This document shows, in pieces, positions 46,293 through 56,193 of a stretch of 64,000 nucleotides of DNA. This DNA comes from Myxococcota bacterium (GTDB lineage: Bacteria > Myxococcota_A > Polyangia > Nannocystales > Nannocystaceae). The DNA is taken from NCBI GenBank assembly GCA_039194325.1, contig JBCCWC010000014.1:58057-122056 (forward strand), read 5' to 3'. Under the pieces are notes generated by a model, which was not told where the DNA came from, made no database searches, and saw only the letters and a list, made by a program, of their open reading frames with translations. Position numbers and translations under genes: made by a program. Positions within the stretch are counted from its first letter, which is position 1. Each line of letters starts with the position of its first letter.

Positions 46293-49121
46293 ATGAGCGT
46301 TGCCCCCCGTCGTCGAACCGCCCGTCGCACCGGCCCGTGGCTGGGCATGCTGCTCGTGCCACTCGTGCTGACCGCCTGCCCCCGGCAGGCGGTGGGGCCG
46401 GCCCCTGCCTCGCCAGGACAGCCGCCGGTGGCGGCCGAGCCCGCACCGCGCCCGGCGAAGCGGGCAACGCTCCGCGAGCTCCACTCGGTCGAGGGGATCA
46501 CCGAGTACGCGCTCGACAATGGCTTGCGGGTGCTGCTGTTCCCCGATCCTTCGCGTGAGCGGGTCACGGTCAACATCACCTACCTGGTGGGATCGCGGCA
46601 CGAGGGCTACGGCGAGACGGGCATGGCCCACTTGCTCGAGCACATGCTCTTCAAGGGCTCGCCCGCTCATCCCGATCCCTGGGACGAGCTGCAAGATCAC
46701 GGGGCCGACTTCAACGGCACCACTTGGTACGACCGCACCAATTACTTCGAGACCATGCCGGCCAACGAGGTCAACCTGGCCTGGGCCTTGGCCTTCGAGG
46801 CCGATCGCATGACCAATAGCTCGATCGATCCGGCGCAGCTGGCCAAGGAATTCTCGGTGGTGCGCAACGAGTTCGAGATGGGCGAGAACTCTCCCGCGGG
46901 GGTTCTCGACGAGCGGATCCAGTCCACCGCGTTCTTGTGGCACAACTATGGCAAGTCCACGATCGGCTCGCGTAGCGACATCGAGAACGTGCCCGCCCCG
47001 CGGCTGCGCGCGTTCTACGAGAAGTACTATCAGCCCGACAACGCGGTGTTGGTGGTGGCCGGCTCCTTCGACAGGCAGCAGGCCATCGAGCTCATCATCG
47101 ATAGCTTTGGCTCGATCCCCCGCCCCGCGCGTACGCTGCCCCCCACATACACCGTCGAGCCCGTCCAGGATGGGGAGCGCACGGTGACCCTGCGCCGGGT
47201 GGGTGACGTCGGCGTGGCCAGCGTCCTCTATCACGGCGTGTCCGGGGCCGATCCCGACTACGTGGCCGGCGAGGCGCTCTTGCACAGCCTCACCGACGAG
47301 CCCTCGGGGCGGATCTACCAGGCGCTGGTCGAGTCGGGGCAGGCGTCAGCCGTCTATGGCTCGACCTTTCCGCTGCACGATCCGGGCTGGGTGCAGGTCA
47401 CCGCCGAGGTCCCCCAAGGGCGCCCCGTAGAGCCTATTCGCGACCGATTGCTGGAGCTGTTGGCCGAGGCGGGGGCGGGGATCACCGAGGAGGAGGTCAA
47501 GCGCTATCGCAATCGGCGACTCAAGCAGCTCGAGCTGGCCATGACCGACAGCACGGAGATCGCCATCTGGCTTTCAGAGTGGGCGGCGCTGGGGGACTGG
47601 CGCATGCTCTTTTTGTACCGCGATCGGGTGGAGCAAGTGACCGCGCGCCAGGTCCAGTCGTTCGCCCAGCGCTACATCAAGCCCTCCAATCGCACCGTGG
47701 GAATGTTCCTGCCCACCAAGAGTCCCGAGCGTGCACCGCTGACCACCAGCCCCGAGGTCCTCGCTCAGGTCGAGGGCTACCAGGGGCGTAATGCGCTGCG
47801 CGAGGGCGAGGCATTCGCCGCCACCATTGCCAACATCGAGGCGAATACCCGCCGCGACCGCACTCCAGGAGGGATCCGGCTGGCGCTGCTATCCAAGAAG
47901 ACCCGCGGAGAATCGGTGGTCCTGCGCTTCCGGCTACGGGCGGGCTCGCTGAGCGAGCTGAAGGGCAGGGCGACGGCGGCGGGCTTGGTGGGTGATCTGC
48001 TGTTGCGCGGTACGTCTGCGCACTCGCGCCAGCAACTGCGAGACGAGTTCGATCGCCTCAAGGCCCAGGTCTGGTCCGGTGGAGGGACATCGGGCGCGTG
48101 GGTCGACGTGACCACCGTGCGGCAGAGCGTGCCCGCGGTGATCGCCTTGGTGGCGGAGGTGATGCGCCAGCCGAACTTCCCCGCCAAGGAGCTCGAGGTG
48201 CTGCGTCAAGAGCAGCTGGCCTTGCTCCAAGAGGCGCGTAGCGAGCCGGCGCCTCGGGCCTTTGCGCACCTGGGGCGGATCCTCGCCCCCTACGCGGTCG
48301 GTGACCCGCGCTACACGCCGACGATCGACGAGTCGATCGCACGGCTGCGCAAGGTCAAGCGTCGCGACATCGTTCGGCTGCACAAGCGCCTGTGGGGGGC
48401 GGGAGATCTCCAGATCTCGGTGGTCGGTGACTTCGACCCCAAGGCCCTGCGTCAGGCGATCGACGAGCACCTCGAAGGGTGGACCGCATCACGCTCCTTC
48501 GAGCGGATCCCCTCGCCCTTCCAGGACATCGGCGGTGGCCCCGCGGCCTACATCGATACGCCGGACAAGGAGATGGCCATGGTGATCATGGGTCAGACCC
48601 TGAAGCTCCGCGACGATCACCCCGACTACCCCGCGCTGGTGCTGGCCAACCACGTGCTGGGCGGGGCGGTCGAGTCGCGCCTGATGGAGCGCCTACGTCA
48701 GCAGGAAGGCTGGTCGTATGGCGCCTTCTCCTTCGTCGACGTCGAGTCGCTCGACGACTCGGGGCGCTTCATTGCCGGAGCCCAGTGCGCCCCGCAGAAC
48801 GCCGACAAGGTGCTGGTCGCGATGACCGAGGAGGTCCAGCGGCTCATCCGCGACGGGGTGAGCGAGCAGGAGTTGGCCGCGGCCAAGGCCAGCTACCGCG
48901 CGTCGTTCGATAACTCGCTGACCAGCGACGAGACGGTCGCCGAACGGCACCTGGGCGATCTGTACCTGGGTCGCACCATGAACTTCACCCAGCAGCTCAA
49001 CGACGCGATCGCCGGGCTCTCCGCCGAGGCGCTGCGCGCGGCGCTGACCCGCCACATACGGATGGACCGATTCTCCAAAGTGGTCGCGGGCGACATGGCC
49101 AAGTCCGGGCGAAGCCGCTGA
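46293..49121 (+). CDS. M16 family zinc protease (pitrilysin/PqqL-like), lipoprotein
   Basis: GMAHLLEHMLFKG (inverted HxxEH), duplicated M16 domains, lipobox VLTAC. Confidence 0.93.
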   Translation: MSVAPRRRTARRTGPWLGMLLVPLVLTACPRQAVGPAPASPGQPPVAAEPAPRPAKRATLRELHSVEGITEYALDNGLRVLLFPDPSRERVTVNITYLVGSRHEGYGETGMAHLLEHMLFKGSPAHPDPWDELQDHGADFNGTTWYDRTNYFETMPANEVNLAWALAFEADRMTNSSIDPAQLAKEFSVVRNEFEMGENSPAGVLDERIQSTAFLWHNYGKSTIGSRSDIENVPAPRLRAFYEKYYQPDNAVLVVAGSFDRQQAIELIIDSFGSIPRPARTLPPTYTVEPVQDGERTVTLRRVGDVGVASVLYHGVSGADPDYVAGEALLHSLTDEPSGRIYQALVESGQASAVYGSTFPLHDPGWVQVTAEVPQGRPVEPIRDRLLELLAEAGAGITEEEVKRYRNRRLKQLELAMTDSTEIAIWLSEWAALGDWRMLFLYRDRVEQVTARQVQSFAQRYIKPSNRTVGMFLPTKSPERAPLTTSPEVLAQVEGYQGRNALREGEAFAATIANIEANTRRDRTPGGIRLALLSKKTRGESVVLRFRLRAGSLSELKGRATAAGLVGDLLLRGTSAHSRQQLRDEFDRLKAQVWSGGGTSGAWVDVTTVRQSVPAVIALVAEVMRQPNFPAKELEVLRQEQLALLQEARSEPAPRAFAHLGRILAPYAVGDPRYTPTIDESIARLRKVKRRDIVRLHKRLWGAGDLQISVVGDFDPKALRQAIDEHLEGWTASRSFERIPSPFQDIGGGPAAYIDTPDKEMAMVIMGQTLKLRDDHPDYPALVLANHVLGGAVESRLMERLRQQEGWSYGAFSFVDVESLDDSGRFIAGAQCAPQNADKVLVAMTEEVQRLIRDGVSEQELAAAKASYRASFDNSLTSDETVAERHLGDLYLGRTMNFTQQLNDAIAGLSAEALRAALTRHIRMDRFSKVVAGDMAKSGRSR

Positions 49122-49195
49122 GGGCGTAGGATCTCGAGCGCCGCTCGCTCACTGTGGCCAGCGGCGCCCGTAGTGAAGACCCTACCGGTCGGGGC

Positions 49196-50725
49196 CTAGT
49201 CGTCCACCGGCAGCCCGCTGGGCACGCTGTCGGGGACGAGGTGCAGCAGGTTGAGCGAGCTGGGATCGGTCAGCGCCGAGAGGAACGCCATCAGGTCGGA
49301 GACATCGTCGTCATTGAGGGGATCGCCCTCGACCGCGAGCAGGGGATCGAGCGATCCCATGAGCATGTCGATGGTCTCCGGATCGTCCTGGTACGTGCCC
49401 CGCAGCTCGGGCTCGACCTGGAAGTCGTCGTACGAGATCAGGGCCGACTCCGGGTCGAGGTGGTGACGCACGGTGTCCTCGAGGTCGGCGTAGGCGCCGT
49501 TGTGCATCCACGGCCCCTCGAGCTCGATGTTGCGCAGCGAGGGGGTGCGGAACTGGAAGTTGTCCGCCTCTTCGCCGGTCACTCGCCCGCGGCCGAAGTC
49601 CAGCGGGGCCTCCTCGCCCTTGCCCGTGCCTACCTGAGGCGCGGCGATGTTGTGGAAGCTCTGGTCGGTCTGCAGCCCGCCGCTATGGCAGGCGGAGCAG
49701 CTGGCCCGGCCATAGAAGAGGATCGCGCCCCGCTTGGCCGCGTTCGAGAGCGCCGAGTCGTCGCCGGCGAGGTAGCGGTCGAAGGGCGAGTCGAGGGCGG
49801 TGAACGCCTCGGTCATGAACGCGGCGGTGGCCTCCGCCAGGTGCACGATGTTGATCTCCTCCTCGGCGACCCCGAACAGCTCGGTCAGCTGCTCACGGTA
49901 CTCCGGGACCCCCAGGGCGCGGTCGACCACTAGCGGCCAGATGTCGGCAAAGTCGTCGTTGGTGAGATCGGCCATCTCGTTGGGCTGGCCGAACACGTCG
50001 AGCTCGCCGGGGAAGCCCCGCATCTCCTCGTCGGGGGTGACCGGGATGATGAAGAACTCGGCCAGCGCGTTGGTGAAGTCTTGCGGGGTGTCGTCGCCAG
50101 CCGGCGAGAAGAAGCCCTCGTCGGGGTTGCCGCCCAGGCGGCCGTCCCAGAACATCACGTCCCAGCCCGGAACGCCGCGGTTCCACAGCGAAAGGGTGTT
50201 ACGCGCGAGGAACAGGCTGTTGGGGCCGTGCTGGCGGGCGGGCCCCAGGCCCGTGGCGCCCTGGCCTCGTGACTGGCTCTGGGCGTCGGCGGAGCCCAGC
50301 AGGGGGTGGTGGCAGGTCGCGCAGGAGATGTTGCGTCGTCCGGCCAGCTCCTTCTCGAAGAACAGCTGCTGCCCCAGCGTGACCATGTCGGGATCTTGAG
50401 GCGGCGGTGGCGTCACTGACTCCACGCCCTGATCGTCGAGCAACTGGCGAAGCTCGTCGTCGAGGGTCGGATCGGCGGGCTCGCCGGTGCCGGTGCCGTT
50501 GTCGCCAGTGTCATCGGGATCGGGATCGGGATCGGGATCGGGATCGGGAGTGCCCTCGCTGGCGGAGGTGTCCGGGTCGGGGTCGGCCCCCGTCTCCTCG
50601 GCACCGTCGTCCATCGGATCGTTACTACCGTCATCTGCTCCACAAGCGATCGCCAGAGGCAGGACCAGTAGGCCGACCAGCACTCGTGCCGATGCTCCGT
50701 ACGTATTATTCATGAAGTTGCTCAT
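49196..50725 (-). CDS. Di-heme cytochrome c peroxidase/MauG family lipoprotein
   Basis: SCATCHHP and CSACHSG, FWDGR, FRTPSLRNI, PWMHNG. GGAGG lies upstream of 50725. Confidence 0.93.
   Translation of the reverse strand: MSNFMNNTYGASARVLVGLLVLPLAIACGADDGSNDPMDDGAEETGADPDPDTSASEGTPDPDPDPDPDPDDTGDNGTGTGEPADPTLDDELRQLLDDQGVESVTPPPPQDPDMVTLGQQLFFEKELAGRRNISCATCHHPLLGSADAQSQSRGQGATGLGPARQHGPNSLFLARNTLSLWNRGVPGWDVMFWDGRLGGNPDEGFFSPAGDDTPQDFTNALAEFFIIPVTPDEEMRGFPGELDVFGQPNEMADLTNDDFADIWPLVVDRALGVPEYREQLTELFGVAEEEINIVHLAEATAAFMTEAFTALDSPFDRYLAGDDSALSNAAKRGAILFYGRASCSACHSGGLQTDQSFHNIAAPQVGTGKGEEAPLDFGRGRVTGEEADNFQFRTPSLRNIELEGPWMHNGAYADLEDTVRHHLDPESALISYDDFQVEPELRGTYQDDPETIDMLMGSLDPLLAVEGDPLNDDDVSDLMAFLSALTDPSSLNLLHLVPDSVPSGLPVDD
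50513..50548. repeat. (GGATCG)n hexamer repeat encoding a PD linker
   Basis: Seen directly in the sequence. Confidence 0.8.
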
Positions 50726-51003
50726 CTCGTTGTTCCCTCCGGGCTCCGAGCAATCACCTCCGAACCAATGACCTTCCATGCAGGACGAGCACGCGAGCAA
50801 GAAGCTCACGCTCGGCCTCAGTAGGGGTGGATCCGCGCGGCGCTCATCCGCCGGGCGGGGCTACCTGAGGTTCAGGGGTTCCCGGATTGCACAGCTCCCG
50901 TGCCGCATTACGCGTCGTCATAGAACTCAGTTACTTTCATAATTTCGGACGGATCATTGATTTCATGTGCTCGATATAGAGGCGCTCTGATCTTCGTGTA
51001 TCG

Positions 51004-51044
51004 AACAAAGACATCCGGACCCCTGCAAGGAGGGGCCCGGATGT
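51004..51044 (-). terminator. Putative intrinsic terminator downstream of the carotenoid oxygenase gene
   Basis: ACATCCGGACCCCT / AGGGGCCCGGATGT stem (51011-51044), followed on the minus strand by CTTTGTT. Confidence 0.55.
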
Positions 51045-51121
51045 TCTCGTGGCGCGTTGGCCCTGGTGTGGCATTGAGTGGCGGCGAGCTGGCCGCTGCA
51101 CCACCGGCTCACTACGGCCGG

Positions 51122-52516
51122 CTAGATCCCTTCGCGTGGGACCCAGGCGGCGTGGAACCCGATGGGAACGCGCGCTGGCACGCGGATCCTCGCGACTGGC
51201 TCGGCCTCGATATTGCGCGCGTCGATGACCAGTAGCTCGCTGGTGCCTTCCCGCCGGTCGTGGACGAAGGTCACCAGCCAGCCGTCGTCGTCTTCGGTCG
51301 CCCCGGGGCGGGGGACGAACACCGGCTCGTCCCCGAAGCGATCGGGGCCGAAGTCGTGCGCTCGGCCCGAGCCTGACGTCAGGTCATATTTGATGATTCC
51401 GTCGAAGAGTAGCGTGGGCTCGTTGGCCACCCGGGGGTTGTAGCTATGGCGCGTGCGGACGCCGAGCCGATCATCGTTGATACGCGGGAACTCCGACGCT
51501 GCGTCGTCGAGCTGGCGCTCGCGGGCTTGGCCGGTCGATCGATCGAGTCGCCACTCCCACAGCACGGGATAGAGCTCCAAGAACTCCAGCCGAGCTCGGG
51601 TATCGGGGGTTGGCTCGCGCGACTTGGGCAGGGGATTGTCGACCCGGCAGGCGTGCAGCACGATCTCCGACCCTTCTTCGTAGGCGTTGATCGTGTGATA
51701 GATGTAGCAAGCGGGGACCTCGAACCATTGGGTCTTGTCGGTCGTGGCGTTGCGCGCAAGCACGCCAAAGCGCGCGGGCGACTCGGGATCGAAGCGGATC
51801 CGGCGCTTGCCCGCGCGCAGCTTGTCGACATCCCAGACCATCGGGAGATCGAGCAAGATCGTATAGTGTTCGGTGATGGCGATGTCGTGGAAGAAGCGCG
51901 GGCCGCTGATGTCGATGGGGACGAGCCGCTCGAGCTGGCCATGGGCGTTGGCGACTCCCACCTGCAAGAACGGCGGCTCGAGCCGCGAGAAGTCGTAGAA
52001 CACCAGCTCTCCGGTGCGCGGGTCGACCTTGGAGTGAGCGCCCATGTTCGAGGTCAGGGCACCGCCCATTGTCTCGGGTCCGAGCGTCTCCAGCCCGGGG
52101 GTCGACACGTGGATCGGCGTACCGCCCAGGTACCACGAGGTCAGCAGGCGACCGCTCCACCACACCAGATCGGTGTTGGCGGTGTCCTTGTCCGGGGTTC
52201 GTAAAGAGGTGGGATCGAAGGGCTCCATCAGCCCCCGCCAAAGAGACGCACCGGCCTTGGTTTCCTCGGCGAACGCCGCGCTCTTCACGTAGCGGTTGAC
52301 GTAGCGAGCGCCCGTGTCGGTGAGGGCGACGCCATGGACCATGCCATCGCCGTCGAACCAGTGGTAGTGCCCGACGGGGGCAAATCGGGGGTTCGGCCCG
52401 TTGCGCACGTACATGCCCCGCAGCTCGGTGGGGATCTCGCCGGCCACGACCGTCGCGGGCGCGTCGTGTTCATCGGTGACCGGCTCGTACAGCCCCTGGA
52501 GATACTCGCTGACCAT
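51122..52516 (-). CDS. Carotenoid cleavage oxygenase / lignostilbene dioxygenase family
   Basis: RNGPNP, HWFDGDGMVH, AHSKVDP, FFHDIAITE, YIYHTINAYE, EFPRIN, DEPVFVP, GFHAAW. Confidence 0.95.
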   Translation of the reverse strand: MVSEYLQGLYEPVTDEHDAPATVVAGEIPTELRGMYVRNGPNPRFAPVGHYHWFDGDGMVHGVALTDTGARYVNRYVKSAAFAEETKAGASLWRGLMEPFDPTSLRTPDKDTANTDLVWWSGRLLTSWYLGGTPIHVSTPGLETLGPETMGGALTSNMGAHSKVDPRTGELVFYDFSRLEPPFLQVGVANAHGQLERLVPIDISGPRFFHDIAITEHYTILLDLPMVWDVDKLRAGKRRIRFDPESPARFGVLARNATTDKTQWFEVPACYIYHTINAYEEGSEIVLHACRVDNPLPKSREPTPDTRARLEFLELYPVLWEWRLDRSTGQARERQLDDAASEFPRINDDRLGVRTRHSYNPRVANEPTLLFDGIIKYDLTSGSGRAHDFGPDRFGDEPVFVPRPGATEDDDGWLVTFVHDRREGTSELLVIDARNIEAEPVARIRVPARVPIGFHAAWVPREGI

Positions 52517-52567
52517 GGTCGCTGGTACCATGCTTGGCCGCGGCGTTCGAGCCTCGGGGAGGGATCC

Positions 52568-53833
52568 ATGGCGAATGGGGTGATGATCATCGGAGGGGCG
52601 CAGACCGACTTTGCGCGGAACTGGTCACGAGACGGCCAGGGGATCATCGAGATCCTCCAGCAGGTCGTGCCCGTTGCGCTCGGGGATGCTCGCGTCGATG
52701 ACGCAGAGCTGGGTCGCTTGCGAGACGCGGGGCGGATCGGGATCTTCGCGGCCAACTTCAACGGCCAGCAGTACTGCCGCCAGGGCCATACGGGCGCGCT
52801 ATTGTCCGAGGTCAGCCCTGTGTTCGAGGGCATGCCGGGCGCGCGCTACGAGGCGGCCTGTGCCTCCGGCTCGGTGGCGATCGATGCCGCCGGCACCAAG
52901 ATCCGGGCCGGCGATCTCGACGTGGCGGTGGTCGTGGGGGTCGAGGTCATGCGCACCGTCGATCCCCGGACGATCAACGACTACCTGGCCACCTGCAGCC
53001 TGTACGCCGAGGAGGCCAAGGACGAGGAGTTCTTGTTTCCCCGGATGTTCGGCTCGATCACCGACCACGTGCTGGCGACCAGCGACATCGACGAAGCCCG
53101 GTTGATGGCGGCGCTCGACCGCGTAGCCGAGATCAACTACGCCAACGCCCGGCGCAATCCCAACGCGCAGGCACGGCGCTGGGAGCTGGATTCGCAGGCG
53201 ATGCAGCAGCGGGAGGCGTCGTATGGACCGCAGCTGGGGGGGCGCACCCGATTCCGCGACTGCTCGCCGGTCACCGACGGCGGTGCGGTCTTGTTGCTCG
53301 CGTCGGCCGACTACGCGCAAGAGCACGCGACCCGGACGGGGCGGCCGGTGGCTCGCCTGGCCGGCTGGGGTCATCGAGAGGCGCCGCTACGGCTCGCGGC
53401 GAAGCTCGATCCACAAAGCCGGGGGGAGGCGTTCTTGCCGTGGACGCGGTGCGCGATCCAGGACGCCTACGCGCGCGCCGGGATCAGCGCTGAGGATCTC
53501 GACGTGATCGAGCTCCACGACTGCTTTACGATTAGTGAGTACGTGATGCTGTCGGCGTTCGGGCTGACCGAGCCGGGGCGGGAATACGAGGCGATCGAGC
53601 AGGGGCGTATCACGTCGGACGGCCCGATGCCGGTCAACCCCTCGGGGGGGCTGCTCGGGGCCGGCCACCCGGTGGGGGCCTCGGGCGTGCGCATGGCCTA
53701 CGATCTGTTCAAGCAGGTCACCGGGCAGGCGGGCGACTACCAGGTGCCTGGTGCTCGCCATGGGGCGATGCTCAACATCGGCGGGAGCTTCACCACCAAC
53801 GTCGCCCTGGTCGTGGGGGCGGTCGGCTCGTGA
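52568..53833 (+). CDS. SCP2-type thiolase / acetyl-CoA acyltransferase
   Basis: EAACASG, ELHDCF, NPSGGLLGAGHPVGASG. Confidence 0.92.
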   Translation: MANGVMIIGGAQTDFARNWSRDGQGIIEILQQVVPVALGDARVDDAELGRLRDAGRIGIFAANFNGQQYCRQGHTGALLSEVSPVFEGMPGARYEAACASGSVAIDAAGTKIRAGDLDVAVVVGVEVMRTVDPRTINDYLATCSLYAEEAKDEEFLFPRMFGSITDHVLATSDIDEARLMAALDRVAEINYANARRNPNAQARRWELDSQAMQQREASYGPQLGGRTRFRDCSPVTDGGAVLLLASADYAQEHATRTGRPVARLAGWGHREAPLRLAAKLDPQSRGEAFLPWTRCAIQDAYARAGISAEDLDVIELHDCFTISEYVMLSAFGLTEPGREYEAIEQGRITSDGPMPVNPSGGLLGAGHPVGASGVRMAYDLFKQVTGQAGDYQVPGARHGAMLNIGGSFTTNVALVVGAVGS

Positions 53834-53935
53834 GCAGGGGCGCTCGGGCGCCCTATCGTTCCGCGCAGCCCATCATGCCCCCGTTGCTTGCGGACGTCAC
53901 GATGCCGCGGCCTTCGTTGAACCCACAGACTATCC

Positions 53936-54466
53936 GTGATTCAGACAATGCAACCGCAAGTGATAGTTAAGGTTTTAATCAGCCTGGTTCTGCCGATGGT
54001 GTTCATGTCGTGTGGTCCACGCGTCCAGGACGAAGACTCCGCCGAAGAGCATGCCAACGAGCAAGACGCAGCCGACGACGCGTGTGGGGACGGCTCATGC
54101 CCTCCCGAGCTACTGTGCGGTGAAAAGCAGCGAAATTGTCGTGGTGTTCTCGGGATCGGAGATTGCATTGATGGTAAGTGCGGTCCCCGACTCTTTGAAT
54201 GCGTTGGGGCCTCATCCGAAGAGCAAACATGCGCTGAGGTTTGTGGTACGCTCGACATGGCTTGCGTCGAAAATGGGTGTGATGGGGCCACCGCATTCGG
54301 CTATCCAGGCCCGCAACACGAAGCCGTACATGCGTGTGGGAGCGCCTCCCCCAGCTTCAGAGAATGGGTTACAGAGATTCCCGGACCCTGCGATCAACCG
54401 CTGCCCTTCACCGGTGACGGTTCGTTCTCAATCTACAAATGCTGCTGTGATGACCCTGATTGGTAG
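53936..54466 (+). CDS. Cys-rich lipoprotein with lower GC than the surroundings
   Basis: Lipobox VFMSC, numerous Cys, many A/T-ending codons. Confidence 0.65.
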   Translation: MIQTMQPQVIVKVLISLVLPMVFMSCGPRVQDEDSAEEHANEQDAADDACGDGSCPPELLCGEKQRNCRGVLGIGDCIDGKCGPRLFECVGASSEEQTCAEVCGTLDMACVENGCDGATAFGYPGPQHEAVHACGSASPSFREWVTEIPGPCDQPLPFTGDGSFSIYKCCCDDPDW

Positions 54467-54828
54467 GTGACGCCTATCCATGACCCGAGCGGACCCGAAG
54501 GGTCTACCTCCCTTCGCCCACCTCATCTCACCGTCGCCGAGCGCTGGATCATCATCCTCCACCGGTCCGAACGCGGCTCTACGTACCCTAGGTCTGCGCT
54601 CCCGTACCCCAGGTCTGCGTTCCCGTATCCTTCCGGGACCTCTCCTGCGCTCTTTGCGCGTTGCTCCCCACCCGTTGTCCTACAGCCACGCGACTACTCT
54701 AGCCACCCGTGGCCACGGCATCGACGGCCGCGAATCCGGCTGGTGTGGCGATGTAGGCATTTTGGGCATTGGCCCGGTCCATGCATTCCGGTATTGCGGG
54801 CGGCAGGCGGTTAGGAGGCACGGAATTC

Positions 54829-55404
54829 ATGTTCATCGCTATCATGTACGCTTATGGCAGTGACATCGAGAGTGTCGGTGTCGACGGCATTCGAGGGTGC
54901 CTAGGCATCTTTTTGGCCACCGACACGCGGCTCTACGCCATTCACATCCCGGACGCCCCGAACCACTTCGATGCCGGGCGTGCTGCGTTCGTCCACTATG
55001 TCAACCAAACCGAGCCCAATTTCAACCAGGGCACAGCGCGCTTGTTCGCGGTCATGAATGGCCCCAATCGTCCGGCGGCCTATGCCGAGCTGCTCGCCTA
55101 TGCCAACGATCTCGGCGTTCACCGGCTCGAGACCGTGCGTATCAACGAGCACCTCGGTCAGCAGGGATTCGGCCAGGATGCCGCGGCGATCGTCTGCGAG
55201 CGGATCCCTGGCTCGACGAACTGCCGGCTCAAGTACACGCGGGGTGACGACATCCTCTGGCAGAACAACGGCACCGCGCGTGCCGACTTGTATCGCGCGA
55301 ACATGCAGGCCGACGACGACAGGCTCAGCACCAACCCGGCCCTGGGGCAAGGCTGGCACATGGTCGACGATACCAACTCGACGATCGCGACCACCAACTG
55401 GTGA
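54829..55404 (+). CDS. Hypothetical protein, candidate CNF1/CheD-like Cys-His deamidase
   Basis: VDGIRGCLGIFLATDTRLYAIH (GC-x14-H). AGGAGG lies upstream of the start. Confidence 0.55.
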   Translation: MFIAIMYAYGSDIESVGVDGIRGCLGIFLATDTRLYAIHIPDAPNHFDAGRAAFVHYVNQTEPNFNQGTARLFAVMNGPNRPAAYAELLAYANDLGVHRLETVRINEHLGQQGFGQDAAAIVCERIPGSTNCRLKYTRGDDILWQNNGTARADLYRANMQADDDRLSTNPALGQGWHMVDDTNSTIATTNW

Positions 55405-55550
55405 TCGCCCCTCACCAAGGGCACCCCGAGCATTCCCCCGAAGACCCATGAGCGCAGCACGACGCCATGGATGAAATCGAACTCACAAAGACCGAGCGAT
55501 GGCCCCATGGAGTCGTTGCAGGCCCTTCGAGGGGGACGACCGGGAGTACG

Positions 55551-56180
55551 TCAAAATCGCCCGTGAACCCCGAGCGAGCCCCCGCCCGCCATGGGGGCTG
55601 CCAAGAGCTCCAGCCGCCGGGCTCGACGATCGCGCGCGAGTATCACGCCACCGGTGACCAGAGCGGTGGCGGCCAGTCCTTGCAGGACTCCCAGGGCCAC
55701 CAGCGCGGCTTTGTCCCTCCGTGACTCGCCGAGGGGCGCCGCGATCAGCGGTCCGATGACGGGGACGAACAGCAGCTGCGACGTGCGCCGTATATTGCGT
55801 TCTTCGGGGTCGAGCCGTCGATCCTCATGGATCCGGTCGAGCTCGGTAGCCGCGCCCAGCGTGCCGCTCAGGTAGAAGACGCCAAACAGAGCACCGCCCA
55901 GCGCGACCCCTGCTCGTGTGGATCGCAGGGCCTTGCGGTCGAGGCGCTTGGCGCGGAGCCACGGTGCGGGAGGGCGGAGGCGTCGGTCGTGACGCGGTGA
56001 CAGCGACAGCGCGGGTACTCGCGGGCTCGGGTGGTTGGCAGCGGTCTGTGTGGTCGGGCTCGGGGTCACGGTTGCCCGAGTAGAGTCGTTGGACGAGGGG
56101 TCGGCCGGTGCATGGAGAGACGGGGCGGTGAGCAGGCCTCCGAGGGCGAGCGAGAGCACCGTGGCGAAAATGGCGGCCAT
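55551..56180 (-). CDS. Secreted/membrane hypothetical protein
   Basis: Signal peptide, Pro-rich linker, hydrophobic helices, LFVPVIGP, terminal VHGRF. Confidence 0.7.
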   Translation of the reverse strand: MAAIFATVLSLALGGLLTAPSLHAPADPSSNDSTRATVTPSPTTQTAANHPSPRVPALSLSPRHDRRLRPPAPWLRAKRLDRKALRSTRAGVALGGALFGVFYLSGTLGAATELDRIHEDRRLDPEERNIRRTSQLLFVPVIGPLIAAPLGESRRDKAALVALGVLQGLAATALVTGGVILARDRRARRLELLAAPMAGGGSLGVHGRF

Positions 56181-56193
56181 GGCGTGGTCTCCG

